From: Candidatus Anoxychlamydiales bacterium
Lineage (GTDB): Bacteria > Chlamydiota > Chlamydiia > Chlamydiales > SM23-39
Length of the DNA: 64,000 nt
Direction of reading: 5' to 3'
Assembly: GCA_011065125.1 (NCBI GenBank)
Contig: JAAKFI010000001.1
Coordinates: 25,964 to 89,963, forward strand
This document shows positions 21,774-30,833 of this stretch, one piece after another. Position numbers and translations under genes: made by a program. Position 1 is the first letter of the stretch, and each line of letters opens with the position of its first letter. Below the pieces are notes generated by a model. It was not told where the DNA came from and ran no database searches. It saw only the letters and a list, made by a program, of their open reading frames with translations.

Positions 21774-22400
21774 TTAAACATTAAAAATTTTTTCTCTAAA
21801 ATCAGATCTAATATAATTGGCAATAAGTTCTTTTAAAGCTTTATTAGACATATCTATTGTAATTTCATTTTCATGAAGTTTAATTTTAGCTCCTCCTTCA
21901 AAGTCAGACAATATTACTTCTTTTTCTCTCAACTTATCTTTGATATGCGCTATTAAAAAATCATTTACAGCTTTAGGATTGGTGTATTTTGGGATATATG
22001 CAGAAATATCTACATCCAAACCTTCTTCTTCAATTATTTTAATAATTATATTGATTAAATTAGCTATGATTTTTGGCTCTTTAGTATTTTCAATAATTAG
22101 ATCTTTTAGATTTTTATTAAAAAGTTCTTTTTCAATTTTTTGCTTTAAATCATCAAAACCTTGCCTTGCTGCTAAATTCAAAGCAGAATCAAATATCTTC
22201 TTTTCTTTTTCTATTTCTTTTTTAGCATCATTTATAATTTTTTCACTTTCAATATTTGCTTTTTTAATAATACTTTTCGACTCTATTTTAGCATTTTCAA
22301 TAATCTTTAAAGCTTGTTGCTTTGCTGGATCTAAAGTCTCTTTTTTTATTACATCGCAAATTTTTTGAATCTTATCATCCCCTTTTAGCAAATCTTTCAT
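21774..22400 (-). CDS. atpE: V-type ATPase subunit E
   Basis: 208-aa K/E-rich N-terminal helix plus globular C-terminus. First gene of the operon. Confidence 0.8.
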   Translation of the reverse strand: MKDLLKGDDKIQKICDVIKKETLDPAKQQALKIIENAKIESKSIIKKANIESEKIINDAKKEIEKEKKIFDSALNLAARQGFDDLKQKIEKELFNKNLKDLIIENTKEPKIIANLINIIIKIIEEEGLDVDISAYIPKYTNPKAVNDFLIAHIKDKLREKEVILSDFEGGAKIKLHENEITIDMSNKALKELIANYIRSDFREKIFNV

Positions 22401-22559
22401 AAAATCCTTAAATTATTATATTGATAACTGCCTCATTATACATAATAACTATATTAAATGAAAACTCTATTGAAATGAAAGAATCAAAAAAAAAATTGAA
22501 AAATAACTTTGCAAAAAACTTTTTTTCTAATAAATTATTGAATAAAAAAAAATAAGCTT

Positions 22560-22784
22560 ATGAAAAAAATTATTTCAACTTTTTTAATTTCAACTTTTTT
22601 AGTCTTTTCTCCAACAAATTTAAAAGCTGATGAATCTACTAGATTAAAAGCTGATGCTGCAGCTGCTGGATCTTTTAATGCTACAGCATGGTCTATGGTA
22701 TTTTGGGGAGTTGTTTTAGTAACTTCAATGGCACTTGCTGCAATTTTTATAAATTCATCAGGCCATCAAGATAGTAAATCGTGA
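22560..22784 (+). CDS. small secreted/anchored protein (signal peptide plus C-terminal TM), module copy 1
   Basis: 74 aa. MKKIISTFLISTFLVFSPTNLKA signal-like N-terminus. C-terminal hydrophobic WSMVFWGVVLVTSMALAAIFI. Paralogous in layout to 23522-23722. Confidence 0.55.
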   Translation: MKKIISTFLISTFLVFSPTNLKADESTRLKADAAAAGSFNATAWSMVFWGVVLVTSMALAAIFINSSGHQDSKS

Positions 22785-23467
22785 AATTCTTTTTACTATT
22801 TTTATTTTTTATAACATCCTTTTTTGCAAATGAAAAATATGCTTATTTTATCGAACCTAAAGATTATCAAATAGTCAATCCCAATGCTTATACAAAACAT
22901 GTAAAAATTGGTTTTATAAAAAAATCTCTTAGTTCTTTTTCAAATTCAATAAATTTAGCAACCCAAGAAACCTCTTTAAATATTGATGAATATAGTAAAG
23001 AAGTAGAAAGAACGATTAATCAAGATGAAAATTCTAAATGGTCAAAAATAGGCTTTTTTAAAACTAAAAATTACAGTGTATATCTTGCTAAAATTGAAAA
23101 GTTAACAAAATTTGGGAATGTTCAAATGCTTCAAATGTATTACATAGAAAATAACTTTGCCTATGTAATTACAGCCGCTAGCTTAAAAGAAAATTTTTTA
23201 AAAAATTTGAAAATATTTAAAGAAGTAATTGAATCTTTTGAAATATCTGATGATATATTTTCTTTTCTTCATTCTTCTCAAAGTGAAGATATAAAAAAAG
23301 AATACTTTGATTGTATTAAAATAAATAAAGATAAAAATAAAAAATTTATATATAAAAATTTAAAAGAATTTGAAAAGATAATCTCTAAAAAGAAATTTAG
23401 ACTATCGAATCATTTCAAATTCATGCTTTTAAAAGATTTATCAAATAAACTTTTGAAAACTCTTTAA
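22781..23467 (+). CDS. hypothetical exported protein, module copy 1 partner
   Basis: 228 aa with N-terminal hydrophobic signal. Its GTG start overlaps the upstream stop (GTGA), which implies translational coupling. Confidence 0.55.
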   Translation: MKFFLLFLFFITSFFANEKYAYFIEPKDYQIVNPNAYTKHVKIGFIKKSLSSFSNSINLATQETSLNIDEYSKEVERTINQDENSKWSKIGFFKTKNYSVYLAKIEKLTKFGNVQMLQMYYIENNFAYVITAASLKENFLKNLKIFKEVIESFEISDDIFSFLHSSQSEDIKKEYFDCIKINKDKNKKFIYKNLKEFEKIISKKKFRLSNHFKFMLLKDLSNKLLKTL

Positions 23468-23521
23468 AAAAAAAATATAAATTTTGTAGTATCTATATCT
23501 TCTTTAAAAAAAGGACTGGTT

Positions 23522-23722
23522 ATGAAAAAAAAATTAACTGTTTTACTTACTTGCTTTAGTATTTTATTTAGCAATTTATGTTTTGCCGAATCTAAAGAGG
23601 TTCCTGCCGCAAAAGAATCCTCTTCAGCTATGGAAGAAAAAAACTGGCAACCTTGGGCTGTAGCTTTTGTTACTATTGCAATAGCAGCTGTTGGAATCAC
23701 ACTTCTAGTAATAGATGATTAA
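23522..23722 (+). CDS. small secreted/anchored protein (signal peptide plus C-terminal TM), module copy 2
   Basis: 66 aa. MKKKLTVLLTCFSILFSNLCFA signal. C-terminal WQPWAVAFVTIAIAAVGITLLVI. Preferred over the antisense ORF 23464-23700 because of its membrane-protein features and its paralogy to 22560-22784. Confidence 0.55.
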   Translation: MKKKLTVLLTCFSILFSNLCFAESKEVPAAKESSSAMEEKNWQPWAVAFVTIAIAAVGITLLVIDD

Positions 23723-24191
23723 ATATATTATTTTTATTTTTGTATTATTTAATTTTGATCTATTTTCAGATTTCAAAAAAATTGATCTTATAAATAGCAT
23801 AAAAAATTATAATTCAAAAAAAATAATCTATGAATTAGATGATTACAACATAAAGGCAAAACTAGAAATTATTTATTTAAATAACAAAGTTAATGCCTTT
23901 ATAAAGTTACTTTCCAATAAAGTAGATAAAAAAATTGATGAAATTAATATTTCTTTAAAAACTAGTGATAATAGCACTTCTAGTTTATGCAAAGTTTTTA
24001 TGGGATCTCAAGTTATAAAACTAGATGAAAAACTTACTAATTTTCTACTTTCATCTTTAGAAGAAAATGCAAATTTAAATATTACTTTTTTAAATTTTGA
24101 AATTAATCTAAAAAATCAAAAAATAAATAAATTTAAAAATAGTTTTTTTGATAAAATGATTAGCTTAATAGATTTTAAATTTAAAGGATAA
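23715..24191 (+). CDS. hypothetical exported protein, module copy 2 partner
   Basis: 158 aa with hydrophobic N-terminus. Its ATG overlaps the upstream gene end (ATGATTAA). Confidence 0.5.
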   Translation: MIKYIIFIFVLFNFDLFSDFKKIDLINSIKNYNSKKIIYELDDYNIKAKLEIIYLNNKVNAFIKLLSNKVDKKIDEINISLKTSDNSTSSLCKVFMGSQVIKLDEKLTNFLLSSLEENANLNITFLNFEINLKNQKINKFKNSFFDKMISLIDFKFKG

Positions 24192-24194
24192 AAA

Positions 24195-25157
24195 ATGCCC
24201 CAAAATACCAATGCATTAGATGAACTAAAAAAACACACAACAATAGTAGCTGACACTTCTGATTTCAACCAAATAGATAAATACAAACCACAAGACGCAA
24301 CAACAAATCCTTCTTTGATATTAAAAGCTTCTAAAATAGAAGATTATTCTCATCTAATTGATGAAGCTATCACCTTTGCTAAAAAAAGTAATGGAGGAGA
24401 TTTAATAACAAACATCTTAAATAGGATATTTGTAAATTTTGCAAAAGAAATCCTTAAAATCATTCCAGGAAGAGTATCTATTGAAGTAGATGCTAGAGCA
24501 TCTTTTGATACTAACAAAAGTCTTGAAATAGCAAGACATTTTATAGATCTTTTTAAAAAAGAAAAAATATCAAAAGATAGAATCTTAATAAAACTAGCTT
24601 CTACCTATGAATGCATAAACGCCTGTGAAGTTTTAGAAAAAGAAGGTATTCATTGTAATATGACACTTCTTTTTTCGATTGAACAAGCTGCTATGGCAGC
24701 TGAGAAAAAAGCTACTTTAATATCTCCTTTTGTTGGAAGAATTTTAGATTGGTATAAAAAAGAAAAAAATATTTCGTCATTTAAACCTACTGAAGATCCC
24801 GGCGTAATATCTGTAAAAAACATTTATAATTATTATAAAAAGTTTGATTATTCAACTTCTATTATGGGAGCTAGCTTTAGAAATATTGATGAAATATTAG
24901 AACTAGCAGGTTGTGATTTTTTAACTATTGCACCTAATTTATTAAATGAACTTGAAAATTTAAAAAAACCAATTGAAAAGAAATTAGATAAAAAAGATTT
25001 TAAAAATTTAGATATTAAAAAACTTAATTTAAACGAGAACACTTTTAGATTTTTACTAAATGAAAACGCAATGGCAACTGAAAAGTTAGCAGAGGGAATT
25101 AGAAACTTTTCAAAAGATTTAGTTTTATTAGAAGAGTTAATAAAACAAAAACTATAA
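24195..25157 (+). CDS. tal: transaldolase
   Basis: 320 aa. ADTSDF...QDATTNPSLILKA and the overall TalB-like pattern. Confidence 0.9.
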   Translation: MPQNTNALDELKKHTTIVADTSDFNQIDKYKPQDATTNPSLILKASKIEDYSHLIDEAITFAKKSNGGDLITNILNRIFVNFAKEILKIIPGRVSIEVDARASFDTNKSLEIARHFIDLFKKEKISKDRILIKLASTYECINACEVLEKEGIHCNMTLLFSIEQAAMAAEKKATLISPFVGRILDWYKKEKNISSFKPTEDPGVISVKNIYNYYKKFDYSTSIMGASFRNIDEILELAGCDFLTIAPNLLNELENLKKPIEKKLDKKDFKNLDIKKLNLNENTFRFLLNENAMATEKLAEGIRNFSKDLVLLEELIKQKL

Positions 25158-25160
25158 AAT

Positions 25161-26405
25161 TTATTTAATCTTTTGAATTAGTAAGTTAAATTCTTTTAAA
25201 TGTTTATTTAATCTTTCATATATCATTGTCTCTTCAGTTTTATTTATTTTTCCTTTTTGCTCACATCTTTTGAGATCCAATTTTGCTATTTCAATATTTT
25301 TACAGACTTCGAATATTTCTTTTAATAAAGGAATTCTTTCATATGCTTTTGGGAAATTCTTATAAAAAATAAAAAAATCTAATTTTTCTTCTTGGCTTTT
25401 ACATTTTTTAATTTCAGGAAATAATATATTTCTGGCTAAATGATAGATATCTAATGAAGTTTTTAAAACATAGTTTGTTTTATCTACATCTCGAATCTCT
25501 TTTTCAAATTTCAACTTATCTTCCTTAACTATAAAGCCATTTTTTTCAGCTAATAAATATAATTTTGCTTTAGAAACTCTTTTAGGAAATCTCACATAAA
25601 ATCTATCTTCAAGCTCAGTTTTTAGATCTTTTGGAGTTTTTGCATAAATTATTCCATAATCAGCTCCAAATTCTTTAAGATGTCTATCGCTAAATAGTAA
25701 CAAATCATCTATGTCCAAATCAATTTCAAGCTCATATTTAATCCTTCTTTGAATGACAATACAAAAACTTAATTTGGAGAAAGAAGCTATTTTTTCATCT
25801 AAATATGCTCTTAGAGATTCCAATGATTCGTAATCTTCATATATGTCTTCAACGCTTACACCTTTAGCTTTTAATAATTCAATCATTTTATTTACATCAT
25901 CTATTGCATCATCATAATATCCATCTATACCTGGCATTATTTCTTTTTCAATTTCTATTATTCCTTCCTGGCTAACTTTTATTCTGAAAGATATATTTTG
26001 ATCTTCAGCATAATTTTTAATAAATTCATTAAATATTTTTTTTAAAATTCTTAAAAATTCTTCAATATCAACTACCTTTTCTTTGCGAGCAATTTCTGAA
26101 TCAATATGAACTAATATTTCACCCTGTGAAAAATCTACTTTTTCAAAAATATCTTTTATTTTAGTAAGAGTCACAGAAGTTGCATGAAAAGTTACCCCCC
26201 TAATTAAAGCCCTAGGATCCTGACCTTCCACTTTTTCTAAAATAGCTCTAACTATTTCAGGAGGCATTTCTCCATGAGCTACTGTCTCTGCTGGAGATGC
26301 GCTAGATGGAATTGTAGATCCTCTAGATGGAATTGTAGATCCTCTAGATGGAGTTGTTAATTCTCTACTTATTGGTCCTCTTAGAGAAAAAACAGTTGAT
26401 GCCAT
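25161..26405 (-). CDS. hypothetical protein with N-terminal tandem heptad repeat (effector candidate)
   Basis: 414-aa ORF with no signal peptide or TM. The N-terminus TPSRGSTIPSRGSTIPS is encoded by the 21-bp tandem repeat. An extended -10-like TGTTATAAT lies upstream (26457-26465, minus). Confidence 0.55.
   Translation of the reverse strand: MASTVFSLRGPISRELTTPSRGSTIPSRGSTIPSSASPAETVAHGEMPPEIVRAILEKVEGQDPRALIRGVTFHATSVTLTKIKDIFEKVDFSQGEILVHIDSEIARKEKVVDIEEFLRILKKIFNEFIKNYAEDQNISFRIKVSQEGIIEIEKEIMPGIDGYYDDAIDDVNKMIELLKAKGVSVEDIYEDYESLESLRAYLDEKIASFSKLSFCIVIQRRIKYELEIDLDIDDLLLFSDRHLKEFGADYGIIYAKTPKDLKTELEDRFYVRFPKRVSKAKLYLLAEKNGFIVKEDKLKFEKEIRDVDKTNYVLKTSLDIYHLARNILFPEIKKCKSQEEKLDFFIFYKNFPKAYERIPLLKEIFEVCKNIEIAKLDLKRCEQKGKINKTEETMIYERLNKHLKEFNLLIQKIK
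26302..26357. repeat. 21-bp tandem direct repeat, about 2.7 copies, in-frame within CDS 25161-26405
   Basis: ctagatggaattgtagatcct occurs twice perfectly (26302-26322 and 26323-26343), followed by the partial copy ctagatggagttgt. Confidence 0.9.
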
Positions 26406-26554
26406 AGTTATTTCCTTACAATCATATAATTAAAATTCATTATTATTAATAATAAAATTATAACATAATTTAATTATTAACTAAATTAATTATTTAAATA
26501 TATTATATCGTTAATTATGCTGTTAATATTAAATAAGTTAAAAAAAAGAAAAAA

Positions 26555-26591
26555 AACAGACTTTAAAAAAAAATATTTTACAAAGTCTGTT
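26555..26591 (-). terminator. rho-independent terminator candidate downstream of rpoC
   Basis: 10-bp inverted repeat aacagacttt / aaagtctgtt with an A/T-rich loop. On the minus strand it is followed by a long T-run (complement of the A-run at about 26541-26556). Confidence 0.55.
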
Positions 26592-26604
26592 TTTAAAATT
26601 TATA

Positions 26605-29600
26605 TTATACGTTGGCTTCTTGAAGATCCGATACGCTCATATCATCATCAAAAGTAAATAGCTCTTCTTCTTTAGCTTCCATATCTCTAAATTTAGCAGT
26701 TTTTAAATGTGATTCAAATCCAGTACCACCAGGAATTATATGACCCATGATAAGATTTGATTTAAAGTCTCTTAGGTAATCGATGGCTCCATCTGTTGCA
26801 GCTCCAGTTAACACCTTAGTTGTTTCTTGGAAAGATGCTGCTGATACAAATGATTCCGAACCTAAAGATGCTTTAGTGATACCTAGTAAAACAGGTGCTG
26901 CTTGCGCTGGCTTTCCACCTTCATCTATTGTCTTTCTATTAGCTTTATGGAATACTTTTTTATCCACATCTTCTCCATATAAGAAAGTTGTATCACCTGG
27001 ATCTGTAACTCTTACTTTTTGAAGCATTTGACGAACGATAATTTCTATGTGTTTATCGTTAATATCTACACCTTGAAGTCTATAAACTTCCTGCACTTCA
27101 TTTACCAGATATTTTTGAAGCTCTCTAACACCACAAATATCTAATATCTCATGAGGTACAACAAGACCATCTGTTAACTGTTGACCTTTAACAACTATAT
27201 CACCTTTTTGAACTATTAAGTGTTTTGTTAATGGAATTAGATGTTCTTCTTTCATTCCTGTTTGTTTGTCTATTACAACAACAATTTTTTTATTTTTTTG
27301 AACACCTTCAAAGTCTATTTCCCCATCAATTTTAGCAATTTCTGCAACTACTTTTGGTCTTCTAGCTTCAAATAATTCAGCTACTCTTGGAAGACCTCCA
27401 GTGATATCCTTTGTTTTAATTGCTTCTCTTGGAAGTTTTGCCAATACCTGTCCTGATTTAACAAAGTCACCTTCTCTTATTGATATAATAGCGCCAGATG
27501 GAATAGCATATGTGCCTATTAACTCTTTGCATTCTTTATCTAAAAATACAGAAATTTGTGGATGCAATTCCCCACGATATTGTTTAACTATTAATTCAAC
27601 TTTATTTGTTTGTTTATTCACCTCTTTTTGTGTTGAAATACCTTCTACTAAATCTTCAAATTTAGCATATCCTTTTCTTTCACAAATAATTGGTGAACTA
27701 TATTGTTCCCACTCGGCAATTTGAGTTTTCGCATTTACTTTAACTCCATTTTCAAAAAGAATTTTAGTTCCAAGTTCAATTGAAAATATTTGCAAAGGTT
27801 CAATTGATTTAGAATCTAAAAGTTTTTTATATTCTTCAATTGATCTACCCTCATCTTTTACAATATTTAGCGTTCCGTTTTTATTTAGAGCTAAGTAATT
27901 TCCCTCTTCATCTTGAACATATCTTAAATCTTTATAAATTAAGATACCCTCTTTATCTACTATAAGCCGAGGGCTTATACTTGCAGATGCGATACCACCA
28001 ATGTGGAATGTTCTCATTGTAAGCTGTGTTCCTGGCTCACCAATTGATTGAGCTGCAATAATTCCAACAGCCTCTCCAAATCCTACCAATGTTCCAAGAG
28101 CTAAGTTATTGCCATAACATTTAGCGCAAATACCTCTAGAGGATTCACATGTTAAAGGAGATCTAACTTTTACTTTTTCTATTCCAGCATCATCTATGCT
28201 TTCTGCTTGTTTTATTGTTAATATATCCCCTGCCTTCGCTAGGTTTTTTGTTTTATCACCAGGAAGATATATATCTTCACAAATAGTTCTTCCAAATATT
28301 CTATCTTTTATAGCTAAAAGCTCTTCTTGACCTTGTTTTATAGAGCTAACTTCGATGCCATTTAATGTACCGCAATCAATTTCGGTTACAATTACATCTT
28401 GAGAAACGTCAACTAGTCTTCTTGTTAAATAACCGGAATCCGCAGTTTTTAATGCAGTATCGGCAAGACCTTTTCTAGCTCCGTGAGTAGATATAAAGTA
28501 TTCAAGTACAGTCAATCCCTCTCTAAAGTTTGAAATAATTGGATATTCGATAATCTCACCAGATGGTTTAGCCATCAGACCTCTTAAAGCTCCTAGCTGT
28601 TTTACCTGAGATTTATTACCTCTAGCACCAGAGTCCATCATTAAGTAAAGTGGATTTAATTCACCTTCTCTTAAATTTGCTAATAATTTAAATAGGTCTT
28701 TTGAAACACTATCCGATACTTCAGTCCAAATAGAGATAATTTTAGATTTTCTCTCGTTTTCAGTTATAACACCATCTGCATATTGTTTTTTTACTTTAGC
28801 AACTTTTTTATAAGCCGCTTCTATCACTTTAGATTTATTTTGAGGAACAGTAACATCTGTTACACCCATAGAAAGTGCTGCTTTAGTAGCTTCGGCAAAT
28901 CCTAGATTTTTCATATCATCTAAAAATCTAACAGTAGCTTCTAATCCAACTTTTTTATGACAATCTAAAACAAGCTCAGATAATCTTTTTTTACGTAGAA
29001 CATAGTTTTGAAAACCTAGCTCTTTAGGAACTATAGTATTGAATACTACTCTTCCTGGTGTTGTTTCAATAATTCCTGAGTCTGTTAATAATTTGATTTT
29101 TTCATGAATAAAAATTCCTTTTCCAGTCTCATCTGTTTGGAATCTTTTATTTGTTATTCTTTTCTCATATCTGTTGTAACTAACAGCTGCATTAAGAGCT
29201 AAAAGAACTTCTTCTCTATCTTTAAATATTTTAATTTTTCTCTCTTCTTGATCAGGATGAGAGAAAGGATCTAACATCAAGTAATATAATCCTAAAATCA
29301 TATCTTGAGAAGGAATAGTAACTGGTTTCCCAGAAGATGGCAGAAATATATTATCAGGTGCCATCATTAATAGTTTAGCTTCTAACTGTGCTTCTATAGA
29401 CAGTGGTATATGCACAGCCATCTGATCCCCGTCAAAATCGGCGTTAAATGCTGTTGTTACAAGCGGGTGAATTCTAATAGCTTTTCCTTCGATTAACACA
29501 GGTTCAAAAGCTTGAATACCAAGTCTGTGTAATGTCGGAGCTCTGTTTAACAATACTGGATGACCTTTAATGATTTCATCTAAAACATCCCAAACTATAG

Positions 29601-30807
29601 GATCTTGTTTTTGAATCATCTTTTTAGCCGATCTTATGGTATACACATAATCTTGGTCTTTTAATTTTTTTACAATAAATGGCTCAAATAATTCTAAAGC
29701 CATTTGTTTTGGTATACCACATTGATTGAATTTTAAATCAGGTCCAATTACGATAACAGATCTTCCAGAATAATCTACCCTTTTTCCAAGAAGATTTTGT
29801 CTAAATCTTCCTTGCTTACCTTTAAGCATTTCTGATAAAGATTTAAGTGGTCTATTACCAGCTCCCATCACTGGATGTCCATGTCTACCATTATCAAACA
29901 ATGCATCAACAGATTCTTGAAGCATTCTTTTTTCATTTCTAATAATTACATCTGGAGTTTTTAATTTTAAAATAGATTTCAATCTATTATTTCTATTGAT
30001 AACTCTTCTATATAAATCATTTAAATCAGATGTTGCAAATCTTCCACCATCAAGCGGTACTAAAGGTCTTAAATCAGGTGGTATTACAGGCACTGCAGAT
30101 AAAACCATCCATTCAGGATTATTAGGAGATGAGGTTAAACCCTCAACGATTTTAAGTCTCTTAGCAAGTTTTATTCTAGCTTGCATGGATTTAGTCTTTC
30201 TAAGCTTTTCTTTTAAATCTAATACTAACTGATTTAAATCTTCATTTTTCAATAAATCATAAATAGCTTCAGCTCCCATTTTAGCTACAAAAGCGTGTGG
30301 TCCATACTTTTCTTGAGCTTCTCTATATTCTGCATCATTTAAAAACTGCTTTCTTTCAAGTTCAGTTTCTTTAGGATCTGTTACTATATACTCTTCATAA
30401 TATATTACTCTTTCTAGTCCAGATACTGATAGTCCTAAAATATTACCTATTTTTGATGGCATTGTTTTAAAAAACCAGATATGCACTACAGGAACAGCTA
30501 AATCTATATGAGCCATTCTCTCTCTTCTTACTTTAGATAAAGTAACTTCTACTCCACATCTATCACAAACAATACCTTTGTGTTTGATTTTTTTATATTT
30601 TCCGCAAGCACATTCCCAATCTCTTGTAGGTCCAAATATTTTCTCACAGAAAAGTCCACCTTTTTCAGGTTTGAAAGTTCTATAGTTTATAGTTTCAGGC
30701 TTTTTAATTTCACCTCGAGACCAAGTATTTCTAATAACATCTTCTGATGCTATTTTAATTGATAATTTATCAAACTTCGAATCTGTAAATTCCTCGCTTT
30801 CGTACAT
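26605..30807 (-). CDS. rpoC: DNA-directed RNA polymerase subunit beta'
   Basis: 1400 aa. NADFDGDQM catalytic motif and zinc-binding Cys cluster CACGKY...CDRCGVEV. Confidence 0.98.
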   Translation of the reverse strand: MYESEEFTDSKFDKLSIKIASEDVIRNTWSRGEIKKPETINYRTFKPEKGGLFCEKIFGPTRDWECACGKYKKIKHKGIVCDRCGVEVTLSKVRRERMAHIDLAVPVVHIWFFKTMPSKIGNILGLSVSGLERVIYYEEYIVTDPKETELERKQFLNDAEYREAQEKYGPHAFVAKMGAEAIYDLLKNEDLNQLVLDLKEKLRKTKSMQARIKLAKRLKIVEGLTSSPNNPEWMVLSAVPVIPPDLRPLVPLDGGRFATSDLNDLYRRVINRNNRLKSILKLKTPDVIIRNEKRMLQESVDALFDNGRHGHPVMGAGNRPLKSLSEMLKGKQGRFRQNLLGKRVDYSGRSVIVIGPDLKFNQCGIPKQMALELFEPFIVKKLKDQDYVYTIRSAKKMIQKQDPIVWDVLDEIIKGHPVLLNRAPTLHRLGIQAFEPVLIEGKAIRIHPLVTTAFNADFDGDQMAVHIPLSIEAQLEAKLLMMAPDNIFLPSSGKPVTIPSQDMILGLYYLMLDPFSHPDQEERKIKIFKDREEVLLALNAAVSYNRYEKRITNKRFQTDETGKGIFIHEKIKLLTDSGIIETTPGRVVFNTIVPKELGFQNYVLRKKRLSELVLDCHKKVGLEATVRFLDDMKNLGFAEATKAALSMGVTDVTVPQNKSKVIEAAYKKVAKVKKQYADGVITENERKSKIISIWTEVSDSVSKDLFKLLANLREGELNPLYLMMDSGARGNKSQVKQLGALRGLMAKPSGEIIEYPIISNFREGLTVLEYFISTHGARKGLADTALKTADSGYLTRRLVDVSQDVIVTEIDCGTLNGIEVSSIKQGQEELLAIKDRIFGRTICEDIYLPGDKTKNLAKAGDILTIKQAESIDDAGIEKVKVRSPLTCESSRGICAKCYGNNLALGTLVGFGEAVGIIAAQSIGEPGTQLTMRTFHIGGIASASISPRLIVDKEGILIYKDLRYVQDEEGNYLALNKNGTLNIVKDEGRSIEEYKKLLDSKSIEPLQIFSIELGTKILFENGVKVNAKTQIAEWEQYSSPIICERKGYAKFEDLVEGISTQKEVNKQTNKVELIVKQYRGELHPQISVFLDKECKELIGTYAIPSGAIISIREGDFVKSGQVLAKLPREAIKTKDITGGLPRVAELFEARRPKVVAEIAKIDGEIDFEGVQKNKKIVVVIDKQTGMKEEHLIPLTKHLIVQKGDIVVKGQQLTDGLVVPHEILDICGVRELQKYLVNEVQEVYRLQGVDINDKHIEIIVRQMLQKVRVTDPGDTTFLYGEDVDKKVFHKANRKTIDEGGKPAQAAPVLLGITKASLGSESFVSAASFQETTKVLTGAATDGAIDYLRDFKSNLIMGHIIPGGTGFESHLKTAKFRDMEAKEEELFTFDDDMSVSDLQEANV

Positions 30808-30833
30808 TGATTGTCTCCTAAGGTAATTTATTA

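Noticed and set aside
21940-22368. 142-aa plus-strand ORF
   Set aside because: It is antisense to atpE, and its Phe/Ser/Ile-rich translation is an artefact of the complementary K/E-rich gene.
23464-23700. 78-aa minus-strand ORF overlapping 23522-23722
   Set aside because: The plus-strand ORF has a signal peptide, a TM helix, a paralogue at 22560-22784 and translational coupling to the next gene. The minus-strand ORF has none of these.
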